Origin: Squalus acanthias
Lineage: Eukaryota
Length of the DNA stretch: 64,000 nt
Direction of reading: 5' to 3'
NCBI GenBank assembly: GCA_030390025.1
Contig: CM059431.1
Location: 112,036,001 to 112,100,000 of the forward strand
A program made the translations under genes and the position numbers. Numbering within the stretch: position 1 is the first letter of the stretch; every line of letters starts with the position of its first letter. Positions 1 to 13,387 of the stretch are shown in pieces. The notes under the pieces were generated by a model that did no database searches, had not been told where the DNA came from, and saw only the letters and a list, made by a program, of their open reading frames with translations.

Positions 1-2030
1 CGCAGCCACTGCCCCTTTAATCCCATGGGCTTTAATTTTTCTAACCAGTCCTCCTGTCCTCTGGCACCACTCCCATATCTAAGGAGGATTGGAAGATTGT
101 GGCCAGAGCCTGTGCAATTTCCACCCTTGCTTCCCTCCGCAAACTAGGATGCATCCCATCCGAGCCGGGTGACTTTTCTACTTTGAGCAATGACAGCCTT
201 TTAAGTACCTCCTCTTTATCTATATTTATCCTATCCAATTGCTCTACTACCTCCTCCTTTACTGTGCCATTGGCAGCATCCTCTGCATTAGTGAAGACAG
301 ATGCAAAGTACTCATTTAGTACCTCAGCCATGCCCTCTGCTTCCACAAGATCTCCTTTTTGGCCCTTAATCGGCCCCACCCTTTTTTTGACTACCCTTTT
401 AAAAATGTATCTGTTTATAAAAGATCTTTTGCGTTCCCTTTTATGTCACCCGCTAATCTATTTTCATACTCTCTCTTTGCCCCTCTTTTTTCCAGTTCTC
501 CTCTACATTTTGTATTCAGCTTGGTTCTCTAATGAACCTGACATTTATCATAAGCCTCCTTTTTCTGTTTCATTTTAATCTCTATAACTTTAGTCATCCA
601 GAGAGGTCTAGTTTTGGATGCCCTTCCTTTCCCCCTCGTGGGACTGTGTTTAGTCAAATCCAAACTATTTCCTTTTTTGAAGGGCGCCCATTGCTCATTT
701 GCTGTTTTACCTGCTAATCTTTGATTCCAATCCACTTGGGCCAGATTCCTTTTCAACTCACTGAAATTAGCCCTCCTCCAGTTAAGTATTTTCACATTTG
801 ATTTTTCCTTGTCCTTTTCCATAACTACTATAAACCTAATATTGTAATCCTTGTTTCCCAAATTCGTCCCCACTGTAACATGCTCCACTTGCCTCACTTC
901 ATTCCCCAGAACTAGAGCCAGCACTGTTTCCTTCCTCTGGCTGATCAAGAAAGTTCTCTTGTACGCATTTCAGGAATTCCTCCCCCTATTTGCCCTTTAC
1001 ATTGTTATTTGCCCAGTCTATATTAAGCCTCCCATTATCACTACTCTAAAAATCTCGGGGGAGAAATTCGGTATCGCCCCGTTTGGGGCGCAGTTATCGG
1101 CCGGGTGCAAAGTTTAGCGCCTGGCGCTAATTATTCGCCACCGACTGCAAACTTGGCTTCTATTGCCCCTGGAGGTGATTGGAGCGCTAAATCAGGCGCT
1201 TCACATCTGTCTTAAGGCGCAAAGGCCGAGGAGAGAGGCGCTACCTCAGAGCGCTGGCGAAGCTCATGTGATGTCAGTCAGCAATGGAACACAGACACAA
1301 TGGCCCCGGCCAGTTCTTAAAGGGGAAAGTCGATCTTGCTCTCCATCCACACCCTGCTCATTGCAGCCTTGAATTTCGGCCTGGAGAGACCTGTACATCA
1401 ATTCTGCTGGAAAGAACAATGGAGAGGCCTAGGGAAAGAGCTCAGAGTGCAGCCCCCATAGTCTCTTCTAAATCGATGCAAGGAAGGTCAAATCAAAATG
1501 AACCTACAAAGTGCTGCTCAGTACCCAATACTCCTCAACACAGCGTTGACTCTCTCCCAGAAGTCAGTCAGTCAGTCAGTCAGTCAGTCTCTCTCTCTCT
1601 CTCTCTCTCTCAGAATGCGTGGTGCAAAAATGTCGCTGACAAAAATAGTCAGGAAGCTTCGCCTTTAAATAGCGCTCCCCCTGTCCCTTCCCGACTGCAA
1701 AACGTTCCCCTCAACCTGTCGTTGCTAGCAGCAGGCGGTAAGGCAGGGGGCGCCACTCAATATCCAGTCCAGGGGCGTTGCACGCTCGAGTGACGTCACG
1801 ATCTACGGGCGCAGGAGATCGTAGCGGTAGTGTTCAGCGCCGCTGCAAAATGTCTGGTCAATTTTGCGAGCGGCGCAAACATCGCTGTGCCCTAGTTGCT
1901 TTGCATCCCATTAGTGCCCTCTTAGGGCGCTAATGGGAGGCGCAAAGCAACCAAATTTTTCCCCCCTTGCATTTTTCTGCAATTTGCCTACAAATTTGCT
2001 CCTCTTTCTCCTTCCCACTATTGGCTGTCT
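1..2030 (-). mobile_element. Decayed CR1-type LINE ORF2 fragment (endonuclease-RT linker region), interrupted by a TIR element at 1057-1965
   Basis: ORFs 41..379 and 529..948: MAEVLNEYFASVFT, LKVEKSPGSDGMHP, IFQSSLDMGVVPED, LNWRRANF; frameshifted; CR1-like sequence resumes after 1966. Confidence 0.85.
1057..1965. mobile_element. GC-rich non-autonomous TIR DNA element (MITE-like)
   Basis: Termini GGGGGAGAAATTCGGT ... ACCAAATTTTTCCCCC, flanks ctc/ctt; ends resemble 18301-18861 and 22829-23410; internal (AGTC)n(TC)n microsatellite. Confidence 0.7.
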
Positions 2031-2598
2031 AGTGTCCTTCAGTGCTGTCAGGCAGACAGGGTTAGGCCAGGCTGCGATGTTGAGTAATTCGCTGTCTAGT
2101 TTCACGCATGATTAAGGGAAGGTACTTGCGCAAGGTACCAGAGAAAACCTGGCATTCGTGGACCCACACCCCTAGCCAAAAATCAACTCTGTCAGGGGAG
2201 GAGCAGAGGCAAGCCTATATTTAAAAAAAAAAATGTTTGACATGTTTCTCATAATGGCAGAAAAGCAAAGTGCGTATTAGGATGACACTCCCGAATAAAT
2301 ACTCAAGTTGTCTGACACATTGACATTTTTATGCGTGTGCAATTTCACTCCTGTTTCAAGAGTGCAGTTTCTGTTCGACTGTAATACTGAAAACTTGCTT
2401 TGGGATAACGTTGTTAAAGATGGGCAAAGGAACAGCAGATGCTCTATCAGGATACAGATGTGTGCTTAGCCAATTGACGGTTTATTTTTAACAAAAAGCT
2501 GGATAAGCAATAGCCTGTAATGGTACACACCTCCATGGTCTTCTGCATTCTTTGTTGGTACTGCAGTATTTTAAAGAATTTGCTCAAAAGAAAAAGCT

Positions 2599-2772
2599 CC
2601 TCGCTTGCTCTCCCCTCCCTTTACTTGCTCTCCCCTCCCTTCGCCCGCCTGCCCTGCTCGCTCTTCCTCCCCCCCCCCCCCCCCCCGCTCGCTTGCCCTC
2701 TTTCTCCCCCAGCTCGCTTGCCCGCCCTCTTTCCCCACCCCAGCCCGCACTCCCTTCACTCCACTCTCCCCA
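2599..2772. repeat. C/T-rich low-complexity tract with degenerate ctcgcttgc(c/t)ct units
   Basis: Direct reading; source of several spurious Pro/Gly-rich ORFs. Confidence 0.8.
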
Positions 2773-2929
2773 AACAGACAAGACTTTTTAAATGTTATTC
2801 TGAATGGTAAAAGTTTCAGGTTAAAATCCACGATTGTGTAACTAGGATCTTTTCAGTTTAGTGCTGCTCTATTTCATCTTTACACATAGGTTGGTACAGG
2901 GAGAGAGAAAATTTGTAAAAAAATAACTT

Positions 2930-2979
2930 AATCCTCTCTTTTATATAGAAAAAATCCTCTCTTTTATATAGAAAAAATC
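2930..2979. repeat. Perfect 23-bp tandem duplication
   Basis: aatcctctcttttatatagaaaa x2 followed by aatc. Confidence 0.9.
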
Positions 2980-4039
2980 ACATCTATTTTATAGTGTATA
3001 TATTAATAATCTACCGATAGGAAGCAGCTTATCCTGTTTGTAGGAAGCAGAAATGTTTGGCACATGGGTGATGTTTATTGAGCAAACAAATGGTTGCTGT
3101 CCATTTTTCTATAAGCTCAGAAATGAGACAGACCTGTTTTATGCCTTATTTTGTGGTGCCGATCAAGGTTTTAAAAATAAAATCCAATTTAACTCCATGT
3201 GACTAGTCCATTTCAGCATGTGGCTTTTGTTGGAAAACTTGTACAAAGGTTGTGCTGTGCTGAGTCTATGTGACGTACTCCTCCAGATGAATGATGAACA
3301 AAAGTATATGAAAGCATGCCGTGACATGCCCAGATGTATTTTGAAGAAATAGTTGAATGTTTTACTTAATTTACTTTAGATTCTTCGAAGTAGAAACATC
3401 TTGGGAAGTTAAAAAAAAAAAGAATTGAGTGTGATGACATTGAAACAGTTATATATCGACATACTGTCCGCATTAAAACACTCTGCTTTTTGTGTTTATT
3501 AGAATAGCAAGGGCTAGCAACTAATCTTAAACTTGCAAATAACTGAAAAGGTATTTGTAATCGGATTGCTCTTGGCATACTTTTCTTCTGTTTCAAAGTC
3601 CACATGCGCAAAGACACAGATATCTGTTCTTATGTGCTCTGTCCTAACACAAGATCAATATTAAGGTTTGAGCATGTGCTTTTACAGCACCTTCTAATTT
3701 TTGTTTTTGCTCACTGCAGTAAGGCTTCTTTAACAATTGCTAGCGAGCAGGTGCAGTGAATGCTGCATGATACCACGCCTTGTTTAAATAGTTTGTACCG
3801 CACTGTATGTTCCACTAACTGCTGCACTTCTGTGCAAGAGGGTTGACCTTTGCCGCCCAAACCAAGATTCCAGGTGTATTTGAAAGAGTCCCGCAATAGT
3901 GACGAACAGGAGGAAGTATTATTCTGTCCTGCCTTTCTTACGAGTCTGCAGGCAGTTTCTGGGTGGGTGAGTGTTCACAACAAGAGCGTTTTTTTTTTAA
4001 ATAGACACTAGAAGTAATCCGATGTGTCATGAGAGACTA

Positions 4040-4120
4040 AAAGGAGGGCGGAATGTTTATGTAATACAGACGTCAGGAATGGTAGCTGCCCACATGCTGT
4101 GCAGTCATACTATAACAGGT
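4040..4120 (+). promoter_or_regulatory. Candidate internal promoter/enhancer motif cluster upstream of the CH exon
   Basis: GGGCGG 4046, GGAATG (TEAD-like) 4050 and 4076, TTATGTAA 4057, GACGTCA 4069, TATAA 4111 in repeat-free sequence. Confidence 0.35.
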
Positions 4121-4325
4121 AATAGACAAGTGCCCGTCAGTCCCATGGCCAGCCCACATCCATAGATTGCCAGTGCTGATTCATTAGAAGATTGATATAT
4201 CTCTCTCTCTCTCTCTCTCCATTGCCTTTATACTAGCACTGGACTGCAGAGTAAAGGACTTTAGACTGAGTTAGTTTTCCTTGTTTTGTGTGTAACTAAG
4301 CAGGTAATTCGCTTTGTTTTTTCAG

Positions 4326-4432
4326 GACAACATTAATGTTTTCCTCAAGGGCTGTCAGAGACTTGGTTTGAAAGAAGCACAGCTGTTTCACCCAGGAGAC
4401 CTACAGGATTTATCCAGTCGTGTCACTGTCAA
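4326..4432 (+). CDS. LMO7: LMO7 coding exon, C-terminal part of calponin-homology domain (phase 0-2)
   Basis: ttttttcag| ... |gtaagt; translates [36 protein letters not shown], near-identical to the vertebrate LMO7 CH-domain segment as recalled; 107 nt. Confidence 0.95.
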
Positions 4433-7234
4433 GTAAGTGCTGCTTTGTGTTTAATGAGCTGATGGGTTAGGTAGTCTGGGGCTGGCAAAGACTGTTGAAT
4501 GTTCATGATGTGTACGAGCTCTCCTGGAGCTGGTATTGATATATTTTGATTACGTACACTGGCATTTGTACTTTTAAAATATGTACAATGGTTTCTTTGT
4601 GAGAAATGGGAGAGAAGGAAGAAGTACAGTTGGTGGAACTGTGTAACCAATCTTTTTATAATGTGTCCTGTATGGCAGTAGTGAAAGATTTGAGTGAAAG
4701 AAAGATCTGTCGGCTGAAGCTGAGAATTATTTGAAATTGTGTCCTGGTATTCACAAAACATCTTCAGTCACAAAAACGTTCTGTGAGGTAACTTGGTGTT
4801 TGATGTGATACAATTGCATCTGAATCGAAAGCTATTTAGATTTAGTGGAAAAATTGGGGGGAGGGGAGGAGGGGAATCAAACTTCAAATTCTTTCTGCCT
4901 TATGATCATGCAACATTAAACAGGGCTTTTATGTTTCTTTAAAAATTCCTCAATTTAAGAATGAGATATTTAACTTGTTAAATGCCGGGTTTTTTGTGAA
5001 AAGTTAACATTCATGGTAATACAGATTTACAACCAAAATCAAATAAAACTTGATGTGTTTCCTAAGGTGCTTGTACTGAATATACCTGTATGAAATTGTT
5101 TTTTATTCTGTAATACGGTATTGTATGTAGCAAGTTTGAGGAGGCACTATCCCTACAGGGAATCTATAAACACATTACACAAATACTTTGTATTGTAGCA
5201 GGCTTTTGTTGACGCTTGTTGTTGAGTACACACTTGGATTATTTTTCTACTTCTGTTACTATTGACTGCTGTGCATTATGCTATAAGTATATAACGGACA
5301 TTTCAGCATTCAGTGTAGCTCCAACTATTTTCAAAGGTGTTTGATGAGCAGCTTTTTATGTTGCGTGAGTTCTGGTGTTGCTGGCTTCCAATGCGCTGAC
5401 CTTGTGCAGTTGACAGCAGCCCCAATGTAAACTTGGCTGGTTTGCTAAGGCTTGCTGCTGGCGTTTTCTTTTTATAAAGGAAAACATTAGCTGATCTTAA
5501 TTAAAAAAAAATCCATCAAAGTTACCTTTTGAGTTCCAACTGGCTGCAGGAGACCCAAGTGCAGGAAGCAGACAGTGAGCACCCATCACTTCATCTAATA
5601 TAAAAGCAGCTAGGAACGTGATACAATAGTCCCTGCTTTCAATTCTATGTCCTCATTCAAATGCTATTGCCTTCCATGTATGGATCGCAATAGGTCTAGA
5701 GTGAGACACTTAGGAACACATCTTTGGGGTAGTCGGGGGGGAGAGAGAAAGTGTGTGATTGTGTGATTTTGCGTGGGTGTGTATATACAAACATACACAT
5801 GTATATGTTCGCTAGACTAGTTTTTCCCCAATCTGTTTATATCTTCATTCTACCATCTATCCGTCCCACCAGATGATAGATAAACTGCTCCTTGTGTTGT
5901 CAAATTGCAGAATATAGTTAACCTATGAAATTTGTGTTCTTGGTTAAAGTAACAGCGTAGCAGTAATTTTGAAGCTGATTATACACTTGTTTATGGGGGA
6001 GAAATAGTAGCTAACAGATCTTCTAATGATACAGGCTTTACAGAGATTTGGAAAGTTGACAGGGGAGTGGTTACAATCTAGATTTGCTCTGACAAGTATG
6101 AAATGAAAAGCTATGACTAATTCTTTGAATTTCTGCATCAGATATTTTTATGTTAGATGGTCTTTAATTAGACTTGTGTTTCAGATATAAACACTTGGTT
6201 TTTCACTCTGGTTGTGTAAATTGAAGGGGAAGAAAAGCCCGGGGGAGGACTTTTTGTTCCAAGTATATTTCATTTCCCCTTGCCCTCGACCGCCTTTCAT
6301 AGAAGAACATATTAACCCGGGAAAATTCTGTTTACTGTGTTATTTCCTCCCTTAAAAAAAAGACCAGCAATTTTCTATCTGGGATGAAGATTCTCAATTT
6401 GGGTTTCCCTCCCTATAAGGCTGTTCCAGTGATGTCACTGATGATCAGCATCAGTTGCATCGCAAAGTGTGGAAGGGGGGCTACTCTGGACCAGCTTGAG
6501 AGCTGCTGTAGATCCAGCGCACTGTGCGTAGCGTGGTTCCCTGGGCTAGGAAGTCTGCATTCCAGGCTATAGTGTGCTTTCCTGGGATCGGGTGGTTCAG
6601 GACAGCTTGAATTATTTCCCCCTAGCCACCCAGCTATTGACTAGGAATCTACTCTGATGTTTGATATATCACCTGGAGTGGCCAACCAGAGAGGGAAATC
6701 AGATGGGTAGGAAAACATCTTTTTTAAGTTTTTCATAATTTTCTTCTATAAATAGGTGATGCTTTGATCAAAAATATTGCTTTCTTCCCCTTCTCCAAAT
6801 TTCATTTAAGTATTCTCATGTCCGAAACGTAAGGCAAGAGCTTATCTTTTTTTCCCACTTCTAAAGTTTTTGATGTAGCTTGTAAAGTGTTTCCCTTGAT
6901 ATAAAAGGCTGAAGCCTTGTTTTTTAACATGGAGTGTTGCAGGTGTTTTCAAGTTGCACAACCTGCTTTGACGACCACAAGTGAATGTAACTGAACAGGT
7001 TTGTCCAGCTGTTTGGGTTGCAATAGAAAGTGAGGCCATTAACCCTTTGCCCTCGTTAGCTTAATATTTTTTCTCATGCAGATATATTGGTTGGATCAAT
7101 AGGATAGTATTTCTTTCATCTGGTGCTTTATCGAGCTGGTGTTAGCAAGCTGAACTGTGTATAATTTATATTTAAAGCAGCTTGTGCATTAGTGGGGTCC
7201 AGTGTTTTGATCAGTAAATTGAACACACACAGCA

Positions 7235-7560
7235 CAATGCAGCTGAGATGTTAAATCGAGGCACCGTCTATCCCTGTGGCTCAGTCGGCACTATTCAAAG
7301 AAGTGCAGGAAGTTATCCTGGTGTCACGGTCAAAAATTCTTCCCTCAACCAACAACAACTGCATTTATATGGCGCCTATAACATGGAAAAAAAAGTCCCA
7401 AGGTGTTTCATAGAGACGTAATCAAAAAAAAGTGACGTTGAGGCAAAGGGGGAGATATTAGGACTCCACCACAAGCAGATTTACTGGTCATTTATCTCAT
7501 TGCTATTTGTAGGACATAGCTGTGCGTACAATAGCTGACATGTTTGCCTGCATATTGAAC
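7235..7560 (+). mobile_element. Degraded DeuSINE-type fragment with a nested antisense L2-like 3' tail (~7351-7462)
   Basis: ggcactattcaaagaag...cctggtgtc...ccctcaacc | aacaacaactgcatttatatggcgcc...gatattagga | ctggtcatttatctcattgct. Confidence 0.6.
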
Positions 7561-8314
7561 GTTAAAGCAATTAATGTTAGGGGTAAGTTAATGAAATGCC
7601 TCTCCTGTCGCTGAGCTTTGCCTCCCAAGAGTGCATATCAGGAATTTTCTTTGGCCATTTGTTTTAATGGACTGAAAATCATGGGAGTGCAAGCCCAAAT
7701 AGTCTTGATGTACCCCTGCCAGGCAAGTCTCTGAGCTGGAAGTGTCAATTCTCCCTTGTCTGTCGAGCACTTTGTGATGTCCTGAGAATCATGATGAGGT
7801 GGTGTCGATATGTCTATTCTGGTTTGCCTGTGCTCTAATTTGCTGTCCTTCTCTCGTGGTCTTTTTCTCTTGCGGTTCCCCCCCCCTTCCCCTCACCCAT
7901 ATTTGAGAAAAATATGGTGTCTTGATTATTCACAAAGGTCCTCTTCTGAATCCAACTATAAATTAATTTTAATGCGGTTAACGTAAGTGTCACGCATATT
8001 CCAGATGTCTAATTAGTTAATCGGCCATAGGGTGGAGTAACCAAATGCCACTGTCTATTAGACTGCTCCATATCAACATGACAAGTACCGGTACTGCCGC
8101 TCCCTATTTCTCAATAGCTCATGCCATTGACGCTGAGTCATGCGATTTTATATTCCATCATATTTCTAATCTTTGTTTCCACAACTTAACAGTTATCCAT
8201 ATATCTTCCACAATACGATTTTAAACAGAAAAACAAATCTAAGTTTAATTGGATGTTTGTTTAGACCAGTATTGTTCTTAATTAAACACGTGTGATGCCC
8301 ATAGCCACCACTTC

Positions 8315-8590
8315 ATAGAATCATGGAAGTTTACGGCACAGAAGGAGGCCATTCGGCCCATCGTGTCTGTGCCTGCTGACAAAGAGCTCTCCAGCCTAAT
8401 CCCACTTTCCAGCTCTCGGTCATGTAGCCCTGTGGGTTACGGCATTTCAAGGGCATATCCAAGTACTTTTTAAATGCGATGAGGGTCTCTGCCTCTACCA
8501 CCCTTTCAGGCAGTGAGTTCCAGACACCCACCACCCTCTGGGTTAAAAAAAATTCTCCTCAACTCCCCTCTAATCCTTCTACCACTTTTA
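8315..8590 (-). mobile_element. CR1-type LINE 3' end
   Basis: ORF 8331..8534 VGVWNSLPERVVEAETLIAFKKYLD; 3' tail ggccgaatggcctccttctgtgccgtaa. Confidence 0.85.
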
Positions 8591-8898
8591 ACAATCTAAA
8601 ACATTGTGCGGTTTTCAGGAAAAATGGATCCAGTTGAGGAATAAGATTGACAAAACTTGGTGAAAACCCTACACACACAAATGGAGTTTGATTTATTCAG
8701 TCACTATGAACAAATAGGCCTAATTTATAAGCACCAATTTAAAAGTCCCAGAATATTTGTTCTAAAACAAGAATTTGACGTATTCAGCACTCCTTTCTGA
8801 GGTATCAGCTTGGGTTTGGCATTCATTTGATGACTTACCTTTTAAAGAACCATCCTCAAACAGTTGGAATTTCACCAATCAGCAATAAAATAAAAATC

Positions 8899-9342
8899 AA
8901 GCTTACATTTCTATAGCGCCTTTCACGACCATCGGACATCTCAAGGCGTTTTACAGCCAATGAAGTACTTTTGGAGTGTAGTCACTGTTGTAATGTGGGA
9001 AACGCGGCAGCTGATTTGCGCACAGCAAGCTCCCACAAACAGCAATGTGATAATGGCCAGCTAAACTGTTTTTGTTATGTTGATTGAGGGATAAATATTG
9101 GTCAGGACACCGGGGATAACTCCCCTGCTCCTCTTCGAAATAGTGCCATGGGATCTTTTACGCCCACCTGAGGGTTTAACGTCTCATCCGAAAGACTGCA
9201 CCTCTGACAATGCAGCACCCCCTCAGCACTGCACTGAAGTGTCAGCCTAGATTTTTATGTGCTCGAGTCCCTGGAGTGGGACTTGAACCCACAACCTTCT
9301 GATTCGGAGGTGAGTGTGCTACCCACTGAGCCACAGCTGACA
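8899..9342 (-). mobile_element. tRNA-headed DeuSINE-type SINE (SacSINE1-like), near full length
   Basis: Reverse strand: tRNA head with A/B boxes (tggctcagtggg...gggttcaagtccc), Deu-like core aaagatcccatggcactatttcgaag, L2-like tail ggcgctatagaaatg; other copies in window. Confidence 0.85.
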
Positions 9343-9781
9343 ATGACTAACTTACTTTCCTCCCAGAGAGGTGTCCACCTTCAAAGCCCACAAATCAGAG
9401 TGAAAATGCTTCAGTGGTACCAGGAATACCATTTCAACCCCTTTGGGTGTGTTGTGCAAACAATCCTTTCAGGTGCTGCAACATGAACGCTTCACCCAAA
9501 CTTAATTTAGACAATCAACATAGCACTAAAGGACACAAATACAAAATTCACAAACTACGAGTAAGGTTAGAAATGTGAAAAAAAATATTTTCCCCCATAG
9601 ATTAGTGGACATGTGGAACAGACTCCCAGAGACGGTAGTTGGCTTGGGTTCAAATGACAACTTTAAAAGGAAACTGGATGATACATTAAGAAGGAAAATT
9701 GAAGGTTTTTGACATTGGAATTTGCTGTACCAGGGAATCTCGTGGTATGCCTCGTTGGTTGGACTTTGTCCCTCACCCTTC

Positions 9782-10411
9782 AGCTCGAATTTTTTTTGGC
9801 GCTGTTAACAGTGCGGCGAGGACATCTGGGACGGTAGTGAATGACTGGACCAACGGTCTATCTCCTTAAGCAATGAGATTTAAGGATTGAGAAAGAAACA
9901 GAGGAATGACTGAGATGGAAATAGGGCGAATTAGCATCCAATCAGGTACAGAAAGAGAAATAGAGAGAGAAAGGAATTTTGGATTAAGAGAGGAAAAAGA
10001 GACAGAAAGGTATATGAATTTTTTTTAAATGTTAAATTTTAAAAATCTCGCAGAACAATTTACTACCTGTAGGAATGAGACTCTACAGTTTCAATTGTTC
10101 CCTTTCTGAGCTGGAGAGGTTGAGTGGGATTGCAGGAACATAATTGTGTCATTATAAGGGGTCCTTACGCTGTTCAGTACCAGCCCTAACTTTCTGCGGC
10201 AAATTTAATTGGTAATTAATGTGCAACTGCAACAATTCTTGAAACTCACGGGGAGGTTGAAGGCGACCTGCTGTTTTTGTGAGGCTAATGGCGGAGCGGC
10301 GCAAATCATCCAGCAATTTGTGGTAATTCGCAACGCACGGGGTATCTCTTCCTCGCCACAGATTGCTGGACAATTTACGCATTAATAACACCGTGCACAT
10401 TATTCTGGCCC
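9782..10411. mobile_element. Probable TIR element remnant
   Basis: Right end tattctggccc|att resembles the termini of other TIR elements here; left end degenerate. Confidence 0.4.
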
Positions 10412-10454
10412 ATTAACGGTGCTGATTGTTTTTCAGGGGAGTAGGTGAAGGAAA

Positions 10455-10905
10455 ATAAAGAAAGAAAAGAAAGACTTAGATTTCCATAGCGCCTTTCACG
10501 ACCACTGGACGTCTCAAAACGTTTTACAGCCAATGAAGTACTTTTGAAGTGGAGTCACTGTTGTAATGTGGGAAACACGGCAGCCAATTTGCGCACAGCA
10601 AGCTCCCACAAACAGCAATGTGAAAATGACCAGATAATCTCTTTTATGTTGATTTGAGGGATAAATCTTGGCCAGGACACTGGGGATAACTCCCCTGCTC
10701 CTTTTCGAAATAGTGCCATGGGATCTTTTATGTCCACCTGAGAGCAGATGGGGCCTCGGTTTAACGTCTCATCCGAAAGACGGCACCTCCGACAGTGCAG
10801 CACACCCTCAGCACTGCACTGGAGTGTCAGCCTAGCTTGATGTGCGCAAGTCCCTGGAGTGGGACTTGAGCCCACAACCTTCTACCAATTGAGCCACAGC
10901 TGACA
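10455..10905 (-). mobile_element. DeuSINE-type SINE copy
   Basis: Highly similar to 8899-9342; (gaaa)n tail at left. Confidence 0.85.
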
Positions 10906-10909
10906 CTTA

Positions 10910-11780
10910 GGCCACGATTTTTCCTCTCGATGCGGCTTGGGGGTGTGACAGCTGCCTTCCGGGTTCCAATCCTGCCCCCAATGACGTCCGACGCACAGAT
11001 GTGATTTTGCGTCAATTGGCCCTGTTAAGCCCGCCCTGCTGGTTTGCCAGCCAATTAAGAGAAAGCTGGTGTCCGATGACGTCAGTTGGTGATGCGTCAT
11101 CTGGTTTTCTTAGGGGCCACGCACAATTTTTTTTGACAGGTGATTTTTCAGTGTTTGACAGCATTGAGGTGCTGCAAACACTGACAATCATTGTACAAAG
11201 GTGAGCCCTTGTACTCAGGCTCTCCAGTGACTTCCCTCCTTAGGCTAGAAGAGATGGCAGCTGCAGGTAAGGTTACAGAAGCGATCTGTCACTGGTGAGA
11301 GAGGTTCTCCCAATGAGGTGGGACTACACAAACATTTCAAAATTTGTCACCTACAGAAAAGTCTAAATATATTAAGTGATTTTCCCAACATTTTCTTACC
11401 TCTGAAACTCACCAGTGTACCATTGGGTGCTTCACACCACTTCTGCAGCTGTCAGCAATACACAAACATTACAGTAGACCCACAGCATACCACACTTGCC
11501 TGGCGTGGTGTCCGGACGTCAGGAAGCCCGCAGTAGACCTGTCAAAATAACAAAAAGCCTCTTAACTGCCTGTTAACAACCTGTTAACAAGCAGTTAAGT
11601 GCCTATAATCATCTTCCCGCTGCTAGGTGTTGGGTCCATGCGCAAATCGGGGACCCAACACCTGAGAAGATTGATTGGAGGTGGATTGACAGCAGGTTTC
11701 CGACCCACTGTCAATCTTTGTGATTTTGCCGGATGTCCCGCCTCCAAACCCGCCCCCTGAGCACCGGCAAAATTCCGGCT
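10910..11780. mobile_element. Non-autonomous TIR element
   Basis: GGCCACGATTTTTCC ... GGCAAAATTCCGGCT imperfect TIRs, CpG-rich subterminal regions. Confidence 0.5.
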
Positions 11781-13356
11781 TTCGTGTTCTTTAAAGTAAG
11801 GGGTCAACAGGTGAATCAGTGCGAGGGATGTCCATGATGGAATAATCTCTGGAGAAGGAATGATGTGCCAAATAACCTTTTCCTGCTTTGGCCTGTTCTT
11901 TTATTGCTGCTAACTCCATGTGCCACCTCTAGCAGAGAGCAGAGGAACTACTGCAGTTATAGCTCTGCATTCTTTTCCATCTGAAGTCATTGAGGAATAT
12001 GGGAAGTCCAAGTGGAACAAAGCGAGCAAAAGCTTTACTCATTACTTCTGCCCTTAAATCTAACTCTGACATACTCACGTGGAAATGCAGGTAATGGCCT
12101 GCTACACCAGGTCATTGGGACATGGATTGGGTTTAAAAAAAGGGCCTGGGATTTCCCTTGGCGCTTCTGAACTATTTATACTCTAAGTACAGCTAATCCA
12201 GCCAGTTATTTATAATAGACAATTTTTATGGATGGTATTTGTTTGTCATCTGCTACCCCTGCCAAGCTTTAGTGGAGCTCGTGTTCCTTTGCTGCTGCTA
12301 CTGTCTGCATTGTTCTCATGCAGGCAATCATTGTGAGAGAACAGAATGTGATAGAAACTTATTTTTAGCGTGTTACTGCAATATTGAGTATTCTGTATTG
12401 TAAAGCACTGCTCAATGTATATTCTATTAATAACTACCTGTTCCACTCATAACTTGTCAGAACCCCCATGCGTAGTATTCAGTAGAACTAAATTTAGATG
12501 CTTACGGCAAACAAGCAATACAGATTGAATCACAAGTATGCCTTTTCTGTCTAAAGTACCAATGGCAGTATACACAGATTCTCTCGAATGGATTTTATTT
12601 TTGTCCATTTCAAGGTTTAGTTAGTGTCAGAACATTTTGATCATGCCATGTAAAATGCTCTCACTAATATAATCTAATGGGAGAAACCATTTACAGCAGA
12701 AAACATTTAATGAATTAGATTTTTTTTCCATTTTGCTCAGCGTTTACTTGCAAATGCGCACTTCTGTTATCCCAGTGGAAAAGTGATTACCGCGAGGCAC
12801 TGGCCCTTTAAGAGCACCGTGCCATGAGAAGGGATGTAAATCAGGTGACTTCTCGCACATTCGAAGCCTCATTCTGGGCTAAGCCCTTACTCTTGTTATG
12901 GCACTTAGTTACTTTTTGTCATTTTGGTTTCATAAGCTTTAGTCTCGGTCTCTCAAGTTTCGGATCAGTTTGCTGGCAATTTACCTCACTTGCTTTGTGT
13001 CATTCACGCAGTTTTTTTTAATTGCATAGAGTTGTCAAGACCATTGACTTGCTCGATACTTGTTGCATCGAAGCAGTCACAGGGAGGCCTGTCTAGGCCA
13101 CCAATTTCAACTTCCGATGAATGCGTGCTCCCTACCTTTTTAAAGGTTTGTGTTGAACAAACCAACTTATTGGCTGGAGGTGTTTTGAGACTCAAATGAT
13201 GTGTGGTTAATTACTTTAGCATTCCACACAATTTCCTCACAGACTGTGCAATTAATCATGAGTGATTAACAGGACTGTCTCCTGTAGCCTCTAGTCCGGA
13301 CAGTGAATTTCCTGACTATTTTGGGGCTTCCACAGGTCAAATACAACATATCTCCT

Positions 13357-13387
<31 letters not shown>

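Noticed and set aside
2520..2841. Overlapping Pro/Gly-rich ORFs
   Set aside because: Translation of a C-rich low-complexity tract
12821..12850. gccATGAGAAGGGATGTAAATCAG|gtgact as an alternative first exon (MRRDVNQ)
   Set aside because: Ends in phase 0, incompatible with the next exon (phase 2); would need exon skipping; no other support
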